Source of the DNA: Hyaloraphidium curvatum SAG 235-1
Lineage: Eukaryota; Fungi; Monoblepharomycota
Assembly: GCA_025558095.1 (NCBI GenBank)
Contig: JAIVFI010000019.1
Span: 124,001-188,000, forward strand
Direction: 5' to 3'
Length of the DNA stretch: 64,000 bases
Shown here: positions 23,449 to 31,614 of the stretch, piece by piece
Numbering within the stretch: the stretch's first letter is position 1
Layout of the letters: the number at the start of each line of letters is the position of its first letter
The notes under the pieces: model-generated
Seen by the model: the letters and a program-made list of their open reading frames with translations, nothing else
Database searches by the model: none
What the model was told of the DNA's origin: nothing
Position numbers and translations under genes: made by a program

Positions 23449-24621
23449 CTACGGCGTCGCCTTGCGTCCGCCCCTGCTCGGTGCTCCCTGCTTCTGCTTC
23501 CCAGCTCGACTCGTGTTGCGCTGCCCATCCGCGACCGGTGCCGCCTCCACCCCCTTCACCCCCGTCCCCGCGTCCGGCTGGATCCGCGTCCTGGGCGGCG
23601 GCGCCGGCGCGCACGTCCTCGCCTCCACCTCGTCGTGCCTCCCCTCGGGCACGCACCACCTCCCCCTCCCGTGCGCCGGCGAGTCCTTGTACTCCTTGCC
23701 CAGCACGCACCAACCCCCGCCCGCCAGCGGCCGCGCCCCGACCGCCGGCAGCATCCCCACCGGCAGCGGGCACACCCGCAGGCCCATGTCGGCCGCCTGC
23801 GCCTCCTCGAAGTTCTCGGGGTTGGAGACAGTCCGGCTCTCGGCCCACAGCAGCCGGTAGTACTCGAACCTCTTCCCCAGCGCCTCGAGCCCGCGCCGCG
23901 AGAGCAGCTGGAACCGCATCGCGATGCCTCCCCAGGCGCTGCACTCCTTGCTCGCCACGTCGCACCCCTTGCCGGCGCGCACCGCCGCTCCGAGGTCCAG
24001 GGGGGCGAGGAACGCGACGTCCTCCCTCGTCGACGCCGCGAGGTCCGCGCGCACACCGGTGCCGGCCTCCCACGCGGCAACCTGCGCGGCGCAGGCGACC
24101 TGGTGCGAGTACATGTCGAGGATGCGCTCCTGCATGTACACGTACTGCCGCACCCGGTCGAGCGCGGCCACCCCCAGGGCCGCCATCCTTTCCCGGGGCG
24201 GCACCGGCGCGTGGAACGCCACGGAGAGGTGCTCCACGGTCCCCGCAGCCGCAAAAGCGTCCCTCAGCGAGGCCTCGATCGCCGCTTCGGACATGTTGGC
24301 GAGCTTTGCCTCGCCCGCGCCGGGTGGCCCCCGCGCGTTCCAGAACCCCCGGCCACCCGGCCGGGCAAGGTTGTAGAACACCGCGAAGCGGAAACCGGAG
24401 TTGCCCGCCAGCGCGTCCCGCAAAAAGTCCGGCTGCAGCCGCGACGGCTGCCCGCCCACGCAGACGGCCACCAGCGGCCGCGGGGGCGGGGGCGGCAGGT
24501 CGGCCGCCGGCGGGGCAAACACCGCGTTCCCGGTCCCGCGGGCACCGTGCAGCGCGAGCACCGCCGCCGCGACGCCCAGCGAGAGCGCCTTGAGGAGCAG
24601 AGGGGCCAGCTGCGCCGCCAT
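23449..24621 (-). CDS. Hypothetical type II membrane/secreted protein, possibly glycosyltransferase-like
   Basis: N-terminal anchor LLLKALSLGVAAAVLAL, Pro-rich stem, then VAVCVGGQPSRL and STREDVAF. Confidence 0.55.
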   Translation of the reverse strand: MAAQLAPLLLKALSLGVAAAVLALHGARGTGNAVFAPPAADLPPPPPRPLVAVCVGGQPSRLQPDFLRDALAGNSGFRFAVFYNLARPGGRGFWNARGPPGAGEAKLANMSEAAIEASLRDAFAAAGTVEHLSVAFHAPVPPRERMAALGVAALDRVRQYVYMQERILDMYSHQVACAAQVAAWEAGTGVRADLAASTREDVAFLAPLDLGAAVRAGKGCDVASKECSAWGGIAMRFQLLSRRGLEALGKRFEYYRLLWAESRTVSNPENFEEAQAADMGLRVCPLPVGMLPAVGARPLAGGGWCVLGKEYKDSPAHGRGRWCVPEGRHDEVEARTCAPAPPPRTRIQPDAGTGVKGVEAAPVADGQRNTSRAGKQKQGAPSRGGRKATP

Positions 24622-24718
24622 TTGGGCGGACGGGGGCCGGAGGGGCGCGGGCTTTGGAACGTGCGCGGGTGTTTGGGAGGTCCTTGCCACATCCGTGACG
24701 GTTGCTATTGCAGCTGCG

Positions 24719-26309
24719 CTACGGACACGCGCTCTCCAGGGTGAGCTGCACACCCAGCCCCCTCAGTATGCTCCACAGGCCAAAGACCACCGTGGCCAGC
24801 GTGACGTACAGCGTCCGGATGGTGTCGTACCCGACCACCATCCCCACGAACCGCACGCGGACGGCCTCGACGCGGAGGAAGCTCTCCAGCATCGCGTCGT
24901 GCGCCTGCAGGTGTGCCGCAAGACCGGCGTCCGGGGACGTGCCGCCGCCGGCTCGGAGCGGGTACAGCGACACGAGCATCCCCCTCAGCCTCCTCTGCGC
25001 GGCAACGTACAGCCCGCACACGGCGGCGATCTCCGCATTGGCCGTCGCCACGGCCCACAGCTCCGCCGCCAGGACCGCGAGATGGTACACCAGCGAGGCG
25101 GCGGTCCACGCGGGCACGCACGACCCCGTTGCGACGTACAGCACCGCGGCGAGGAGGGAGAGCAGGGTGCGCCAGAGGAGGTACGAGGGGGTGAAGCCGG
25201 CGGCGATGCCGGCGGACCATTGCGCGGCAAAGGCGGCGTGGAGGTGCATGTAGGGTTCCTCCGCGGGTTCGGCGGCGGCGCCGGGCTTCGGGGCCTCGTC
25301 CTGTGCCTCGGGAAGGGAGGCACGGCACCGCGCGAGGAAGTCCGCGAGCGCGGTTTGCATCGCCCGGTGGCGGATCCGGCCCGTGAGCTGGATGAGTGAC
25401 GCGCTGGGGGTCACAAAGCGGACGATCTCGAGGAGCGAGGCCGCCATCACTGAAACTGCGGGCATCTCGAGGTCAGCCCGTCCACAGGGCCCCGTGGGGG
25501 AAATGCCCACCGGTAAGCGCCGCGATCGCCGCGCTCCATCCTCGGCCCCAAACGAGCGGCGCCAACGTCACCACGGGCGTCCACACCGTCGTCAGGCTCC
25601 AAAAGGCTCCCAAAATCACCCTCCACCCGATCTCGAGGGCACGGTTCCTGAACGACGCCATCGGCAGCCCGCCCGCGCAACCTCTCAGCTCGCACGGGCA
25701 CCGCTTGTCGTCCGGATCGTGCCGCACCAGCTCCGACCCCGCGTCAGGGCTGCCGGGGGGCTCCGAGGCGAGCTCGATCCAGCGCACCGCGCCTGCGTAC
25801 ACGCGCACGCTCCTGGACGCCCTGTCCAGCATCTTGCTCCGGAACCCGGGGCTCAGGACGATCGTGCTCATTGCTGGCACGTCGAACGCGCGGCTGAGCA
25901 GCCGGACCCAGTACGCGACCCCGAACAGCTCGAACAGCGACACGGCGACGATCCCCACGGCGGCATTCTTGTAGGAGAACGTGTCCCCGCCGTCCAGGAG
26001 CACGAGGCACGCGCACGCCGACGCGAGGAGGAACGCGAGCAGCCTCCTCAAACAGGTCGTCGCGACCAGCCATTCCGTCCCGCGGCCGAGCTGCAAGCCC
26101 ACCAGCGTCCTGAGCGGCGGCAGCGCGGAAAACGCGGCCGACACCGCGGCGGGGGTCAGAGGGCCGAGGTCCCGCCTGAGGTCCGCCGCGCGGTCCTCCG
26201 CGTCGGCACGGTCCGGGGGGGCGAAGGGGTCGGGGGGGACGGCGGACCACGTGGGGAACAGGGCGAGCCATTCGCGCCGGCTGAAGGAGGGCGCAGAGTC
26301 CGAGGCCAT
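24719..26309 (-). CDS. Multi-pass (about 7 TM) membrane protein, one intron
   Basis: ORFs 25473-26309 and 24719-25510 joined by a GT..AG intron near 25460-25512; about seven hydrophobic segments. Confidence 0.75.
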
Positions 26310-26862
26310 CTCGGCGATGGCGGAGGATCGATGCTGGACGCGGGCGGAAACGCGCGCGCTTGCTCACGTGAAGATCCTCCCCTCTTGTTCTCCGTTTCGC
26401 GATGTGTGGAAATCCATCAGTAAGTCGTCGCTATCGAGGACGATGGATGATGCTCGCTTTTGCGATGCCGGCGTACCTTCCGTTTCGAATCGCCAATGGA
26501 CCAACGGCGGTTCGTGTGGGGCGAGCCGAAAGCATGTACTAATTCGTCACTCCATACTTGGCTATGTTCTATTCTATCACTGCTCACAGTCCGATGCCGG
26601 TGCATATGGAAGCTTCGATGCCGTCGTCGGAAACCCCGGCACTTCGGAAGCCGGATGCGAGCAAACGATGCCACCACGACCGTGACGCCTGGTGCACGGG
26701 TGGCCGTTCGGAGGGGCCCACCGGCCCGCACAGAATCCGAAAGCAACCGGTTCCGCGCCGATGATTAGCGGCATGTATCGGCGGCAATCGGAATCCTCCG
26801 GTCCCTTCTAAGCCTCCGTATAATGAGGAGCTAGCAATCCCACCGTACACTTAGAAATCCCC

Positions 26863-29800
26863 CTACGCCCCAAGAGTCAGCTCCTCATCTACATTCAAAC
26901 CAAATGCGACCGGCGCGGGGGCCGGAGCGTTGACAGCGGCGGCTTCGGTGCACAGCTGAAGCCAGTGTTGGAGTTGGGCCGCGACGCCAAGAGCCCAGGC
27001 CACCGCGATCCGTTCGCGGAAGCGCCGCACAAAACGAGAGTAAAGGCCATCGAGGTCCACGGGCTGCCCATCGCGGCCGACGATCCCGGGATACTGGATG
27101 CGCCCCATCTCCGAGGAGAAGCGCGAGAAAGTGGCAGAGACAGCGCTGTACGAATCAAAAGCAAGCACGATCAGAGGGTAGAAGTTGGCGTTGAAGACGA
27201 AACGGGAGTAGTCCTTCCTGGCGGCCTCGACCCGCCGTTCGACTGCGTGGCCCGGGACCGAGAAGACCAGGCCCGTGTGCAAATGGGCCATAGAGGTGAG
27301 GGTCTTGATCTCGAGCAACCACCGTTTCCGGGTTTCGCGGTGCGTGATGAGAACGTCGCCAAGGCGGCCAGCATCCGCAGGCGTGGGCGGGGTGACAGTC
27401 TCGTAGCCATGCACAAGGAGGTTTGGCGGCATGGGGTGCACGCGGAGGAGCGGGATGGAGCGAAGCGCCGCGCGGATGGCCGCGCAAATGTCGTCGTGAC
27501 CAGGACTGAAGAGATCCCGGCCATAGCAGCCCGAGAACGCGTGCTCCCCCGTCAGCGACATGGCCGATCGCTTGCAGCCCCGCCGGCAGGGCAAGGAAAG
27601 ACCAGGGTAGTCGGCCTCGTGCAGGAGCGGGAGGCAAAGCCGGAAGCGTACAAGTAAGCGGAAAAAGTTGTTGAGAATGTGGTTGGCAAGCAGCGCGGGA
27701 GAGGCAGTCAGGAAAGCCGACAGGCCGTCCTGCGCCTGGACGAGCCGCTTGCGGCGCTCCAGACCAGCGGAAGTGTCGGGTTGCAAGGCAATCAGAGCCG
27801 CGAGGCGGCGCTGGTCCTCGAGACGCGTAAGGTCGCTCTGCAGGCCGTGCCAGACCGGCTGAGCGAAGAAACTGGCGTCCGCAGGGAGCGTACGGCGGGC
27901 GGGCGCGGCGCCCACCGGTTGCCCAGCACGCGCAGCCTCGGCGTACGCTGCGGCCGTGTCATCCTCGACACGCTCAAAGGCGGGGCGGAGGGCCTCGATG
28001 ACGGGAACCAGTTCCCGCACGTGCTCCACGCCCACACCCCGGGCCGAGGTTCGAAGACCAAGCATTGCGTCCAAGGGGCCCGCCGTGAGGTTGAGTGAAG
28101 ACAGGTAAGCCGCCGAGGCCACCTTCTCCGATGACAGAAGCCCCATCCCCGAGTAGTGCAGACCCAAGAATACCTGCTCCCGCACAGTCCGACCCTCCAC
28201 CGACAGCGGATCCAGATCCTCGGCCCGATCTCCCAGCAAGCGCAAGAAGGTGGTGAAAAGCGCGTTGTCAAGACGTCGAGCAAAGGGTTGGGTAACCGAG
28301 GGGGGGAGAATGCGGAGCCAAAACGAGAAGAGCTGGGTCACACAGAGACGGAGGAGGGAGTACAGGCCCTGGAGGGAGGGGATGTCGGCCGGCATGGCGT
28401 AGCCGAGCGCAGCGCGCTCGATTTCATCGAGAAGAGCGGCAATGGAGTCGATCTTGGCCGCGAGGAACGACTCCACATAGGCAGGGGTGCCGACCGGGGC
28501 ACCTACCACCTTGAGGCCGCACGAGCAAGCGAAGTCAGGCGAGCCCGGGGCCGACGCCGTGGCATGCACCTCGGGGTCGGCCTCGTGAGGCGGGAAGCCA
28601 GCGACGCGGATGTTGTGGGCCGCACCGGCCGCACGCACCCGCTCCAGCACGGCCGGGTTCGTCGAGAGCGAAAGCAGGTAGCTCTTGTCCGGGCGGTGGG
28701 TCATGCCGAGGGAAGCAAGGCCGTCACGCACCTCTCCCAGGACGGCCATGACCGAGTCCAGCGGCCCGACCACGGTGAGGTCGTCGAGGTACCCAAGGAT
28801 GAGGCAGTCGGGGTGCCCAGAGCGGATGGGCCGCAGCATGCGGCTCATGGCGCAGGAGAAGATGGCAGACGACAGCGGGTCGCCCTGGATGTTGCCCTCG
28901 TACATGGTGATCCGGAAAAGGAGCTCCGCCGAGCGCCGGTCGCGGAAGTAGGCGTGGGAAGGGCGCGAGTAAACGAGGTTGTAGTACGGGATAAGCTGAG
29001 GCACCTGGCGGACCACCTCGCGCGCGAAGAGGCGGCGCAGCGTATTGAAGGCGTTCCTAGAGTCGACCTTCATGACGACGTGGTCGGGGAAGGCCGCCAG
29101 CCACGCGTTCACCGCGTGGGCGGTCGCCTCCGCGCCCCCGTCCACCCCGTGACCCAGGTCCTCCTGCTGTTGGAGCTTCCTCAGAAGAGCCTTGTGCCGC
29201 ACGGCCAGGTACGAGCCCGCGAGCCGCGTGATGCCCTCCATAATGCCAATCGGCCGGAGCCCCCCCTCCGGCTTGAGCTGAGGGACGAGGATTTGATCCG
29301 TGAGGAGCGGCCGGAGCATGGGGGTGTCGAGTCGGCCAGTGCACACGCCGTGCACCATGGCCGCCAGCGGGCGGAGCTTCCGCCGCGTCGCGTCGTTCTC
29401 GCAGTTGTGCACGATGAAAAGTTTGGCCATGCTGAAACCCGACATGCCGGCCCCCACGCCGTCCTTCTTCCGGCGCAACCGGGCCCAGATGTCCTCCAGG
29501 AAAGCCGCGTCCGTGTAGGCAGGGCAGGGCACGGGCGCGTTGGGGGGCAGAGACAGCCGACACAGCGGCTCTCCCTCCCGCGGCCCCGGGTACAGCTCCT
29601 CCAGTTCCGCCTGCAGCGTGGGCGTGAAGCCAGCCGGAACGGCCTCCCCCGAGAGGGCCGCGGACGCAGCACCAGGAGCGCCCTTCAAGGCGGCAAGCAC
29701 GATGGCCTTGAAGAGCTGGTAGTTGAGCGGCCGCAGCCCGTCCCGCCGCGCGCCCCGGTTGACCTGACGGGCGGCGAAGTAGTTCTGCTCGTACATGTAG

Positions 29801-30672
29801 TCCCCCGACATGACGTAGCCGCCAAACGCAAGGTAGGCGGTGAGAGTGCGGTGCAGGTCGGTTTCCGGTGCCGCCGGGTCCTCGTAGGCCCGTTGGAAAG
29901 ACTCGCTGGCTCGGAAGGCGAGCGTGCTCCAGGTGGTGGTCCGGTAGCGGTGCTTCAGCGGCTCCGGCGGCGGCGCCCCCGCGCCCCCGCCCGGCGGCGG
30001 ATCAGGCCCGGGACCCCCGGGTGGACCACCGTCGCCCGGGTCGCCCGGATCACCGCCGTGGCCGTGCCCGCCAGCCGCGGCGTTGCCGCCCGGCGCGCCG
30101 TCGCCGCCTGGGGGATCACCGCCGTCCTGGGCGGCACGCGCCGCTGCCGCCGCCGCCGCCAGCGCCGCCAGCGCCGCCCGTTGCGCCTGGCCGTCCTGCG
30201 GGGCGTCGGCCGCAACCCGGGCGGCCGCAAGGGCCGCCATCAGCGCGGGCGCGGGTGGCGAAGCACGGGGAGATACCGACGATGCCGCCGGTGACGCCGG
30301 TCCCTCCGCGCGTCCCGTGGCAGCCGCCCGCTCGGCACGCACGCGGTCGAGGAACTCGACGAGATCGGGTGGAAGCGAAGCTAAAGAGACGCCGAGTGGC
30401 GGGTTAGCTGCGTCCGGGTTGCACGAGGTGTGCTGTCCAGAAACACCGGCACCAGAGGCGTTTGCGGCGTAGGGACGCCGGCAACCCCCGCACCGCGCTA
30501 GCCCCATGGCACGCAACGCATCGGCAGACAGGCGCTGCATCGCCAACCAGTGCTCCGGGCTCCGTGTGACCCGAAGATGACCGTCCCGTTTGTTTTTGTT
30601 TGGAGTTGGCTGGAAGCGGCAACCATCAACCGGGCACGCATGGAGGCCGGGTTCAGCAGGCGCCTCCGCCAT
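26863..30672 (-). CDS. Retrotransposon ORF2: zinc fingers, reverse transcriptase, CCHC finger, PD-(D/E)xK-type endonuclease
   Basis: CPVDGC..H..H; LRPIGIMEGITRL; KVDSRNAFNTL; GNIQGDPLS; GYLDDLTV; KVVGAPVG; CRRGC...HAFSGC; GHDDIC; RLGDVLI..LLEIKT. First ATG is at 30672 (the track starts at TTG 30714). Confidence 0.95.
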   Translation of the reverse strand: MAEAPAEPGLHACPVDGCRFQPTPNKNKRDGHLRVTRSPEHWLAMQRLSADALRAMGLARCGGCRRPYAANASGAGVSGQHTSCNPDAANPPLGVSLASLPPDLVEFLDRVRAERAAATGRAEGPASPAASSVSPRASPPAPALMAALAAARVAADAPQDGQAQRAALAALAAAAAAARAAQDGGDPPGGDGAPGGNAAAGGHGHGGDPGDPGDGGPPGGPGPDPPPGGGAGAPPPEPLKHRYRTTTWSTLAFRASESFQRAYEDPAAPETDLHRTLTAYLAFGGYVMSGDYMYEQNYFAARQVNRGARRDGLRPLNYQLFKAIVLAALKGAPGAASAALSGEAVPAGFTPTLQAELEELYPGPREGEPLCRLSLPPNAPVPCPAYTDAAFLEDIWARLRRKKDGVGAGMSGFSMAKLFIVHNCENDATRRKLRPLAAMVHGVCTGRLDTPMLRPLLTDQILVPQLKPEGGLRPIGIMEGITRLAGSYLAVRHKALLRKLQQQEDLGHGVDGGAEATAHAVNAWLAAFPDHVVMKVDSRNAFNTLRRLFAREVVRQVPQLIPYYNLVYSRPSHAYFRDRRSAELLFRITMYEGNIQGDPLSSAIFSCAMSRMLRPIRSGHPDCLILGYLDDLTVVGPLDSVMAVLGEVRDGLASLGMTHRPDKSYLLSLSTNPAVLERVRAAGAAHNIRVAGFPPHEADPEVHATASAPGSPDFACSCGLKVVGAPVGTPAYVESFLAAKIDSIAALLDEIERAALGYAMPADIPSLQGLYSLLRLCVTQLFSFWLRILPPSVTQPFARRLDNALFTTFLRLLGDRAEDLDPLSVEGRTVREQVFLGLHYSGMGLLSSEKVASAAYLSSLNLTAGPLDAMLGLRTSARGVGVEHVRELVPVIEALRPAFERVEDDTAAAYAEAARAGQPVGAAPARRTLPADASFFAQPVWHGLQSDLTRLEDQRRLAALIALQPDTSAGLERRKRLVQAQDGLSAFLTASPALLANHILNNFFRLLVRFRLCLPLLHEADYPGLSLPCRRGCKRSAMSLTGEHAFSGCYGRDLFSPGHDDICAAIRAALRSIPLLRVHPMPPNLLVHGYETVTPPTPADAGRLGDVLITHRETRKRWLLEIKTLTSMAHLHTGLVFSVPGHAVERRVEAARKDYSRFVFNANFYPLIVLAFDSYSAVSATFSRFSSEMGRIQYPGIVGRDGQPVDLDGLYSRFVRRFRERIAVAWALGVAAQLQHWLQLCTEAAAVNAPAPAPVAFGLNVDEELTLGA

Positions 30673-30766
30673 CGGCACATCGGTGATGATGAGATAGAGC
30701 TCCGATGGTGGCAAAAGCTGCCGCGCAGCGGTGGCAGCTGTAAGGCAGGAGTGGCGTGCGGCTCAT
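30653..30766 (-). CDS. 37-aa zinc-finger micro-ORF MSRTPLLPYSCHRCAAAFATIGALSHHHRCADGGGAC (or a frameshifted N-terminus of ORF2)
   Basis: Translated by hand; matches Y-x-C-x2-C-x3-F-x5-L-x2-H; its ATG overlaps the TGA of the upstream ORF (ATGA). Confidence 0.6.
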   Translation of the reverse strand: MSRTPLLPYSCHRCAAAFATIGALSHHHRCADGGGAC

Positions 30767-31614
30767 GGCGAATACGGTGGCGGCGGCGATGCCGGTGTCC
30801 CGCCGCCAGGATCAGCTACCGCGGACGGTGCCTTGTCCGACGAGATCTCCCAATCGTCGAGCGCATGTGTCCGCATCCAAACCTCCTGTGACTCGGTCAG
30901 GTCGCCCCCCGCCCTGTGCCAGGCCGCAAGCGCCGACCACGCGTCACCGATAGCATCACGGCCGCCGTCATCGAGGAGCTCGGAACCTGGCCATTCGAGG
31001 TGCGCCGGCGAACCGGGCTCCGTGTGAGCATACCAAGGAGGCAAGGTGCGCGTCGGAGTGGATACTTCCGAGGAGCTCTGCCCCCCCCCGGCCGTTGGTG
31101 CCGGCGGCGTGCCGGGGGTTGTGCGGGGCGGCGCAGGCGGCAGCTGCAAGCTCGGCACGGCAGTTGCAGCTGGGGTTTCCCACGGAGGATGGCCTGGGTG
31201 CGCCGAGAGCATGGAAGCGGCCGAAGCCGGGGCATCAGCGATCAAGATCTGCGATGACGAGGAGGGAGATACTTCCGAGCATGCCGCCCCTTTCCCCCCC
31301 GCTGGTGCCGGCAAGCGGGAGGAGCCGCGGGGCGGCGTGGGCAGAGTGTGACCCTCGGCCAAGCTAGGCACGGCATTTGGCCGAGGGGCCCCGGGGGACG
31401 CGGGGTCAATGTCGGAAGTCTCCCCTGCTGCCGCGAACGGCCTCGGAACTCGGTGAGACGTTGTAGATAGTGGTAGTTGGCGTACCGGTGAAGACTGCAA
31501 AACAGCAAAAGATGGAGGGGCTGACCGCGCCCGGGAGGTATCCGGACGAGCTCGGCGCCGAGAAGAGCAGCCCACTACTCGGCGTTGCCACTTGCTTGGT
31601 GGTGTTTTAGGCAT
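30763..31614 (-). CDS. Retrotransposon intermediate ORF (283 aa, Pro/Ser-rich, Trp-containing helical segment near the C-terminus)
   Basis: ATG overlaps the end of ORF1 by 8 nt; same reading frame as ORF2, separated from it by a single TGA. Confidence 0.45.
   Translation of the reverse strand: MPKTPPSKWQRRVVGCSSRRRARPDTSRARSAPPSFAVLQSSPVRQLPLSTTSHRVPRPFAAAGETSDIDPASPGAPRPNAVPSLAEGHTLPTPPRGSSRLPAPAGGKGAACSEVSPSSSSQILIADAPASAASMLSAHPGHPPWETPAATAVPSLQLPPAPPRTTPGTPPAPTAGGGQSSSEVSTPTRTLPPWYAHTEPGSPAHLEWPGSELLDDGGRDAIGDAWSALAAWHRAGGDLTESQEVWMRTHALDDWEISSDKAPSAVADPGGGTPASPPPPYSP

Noticed and set aside
28156-30294. Long plus-strand ORFs antisense to the retroelement (712 aa here; 667 aa at 31745-33748)
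   Set aside because: Shadow frames expected from GC-rich codon bias; no recognisable motifs
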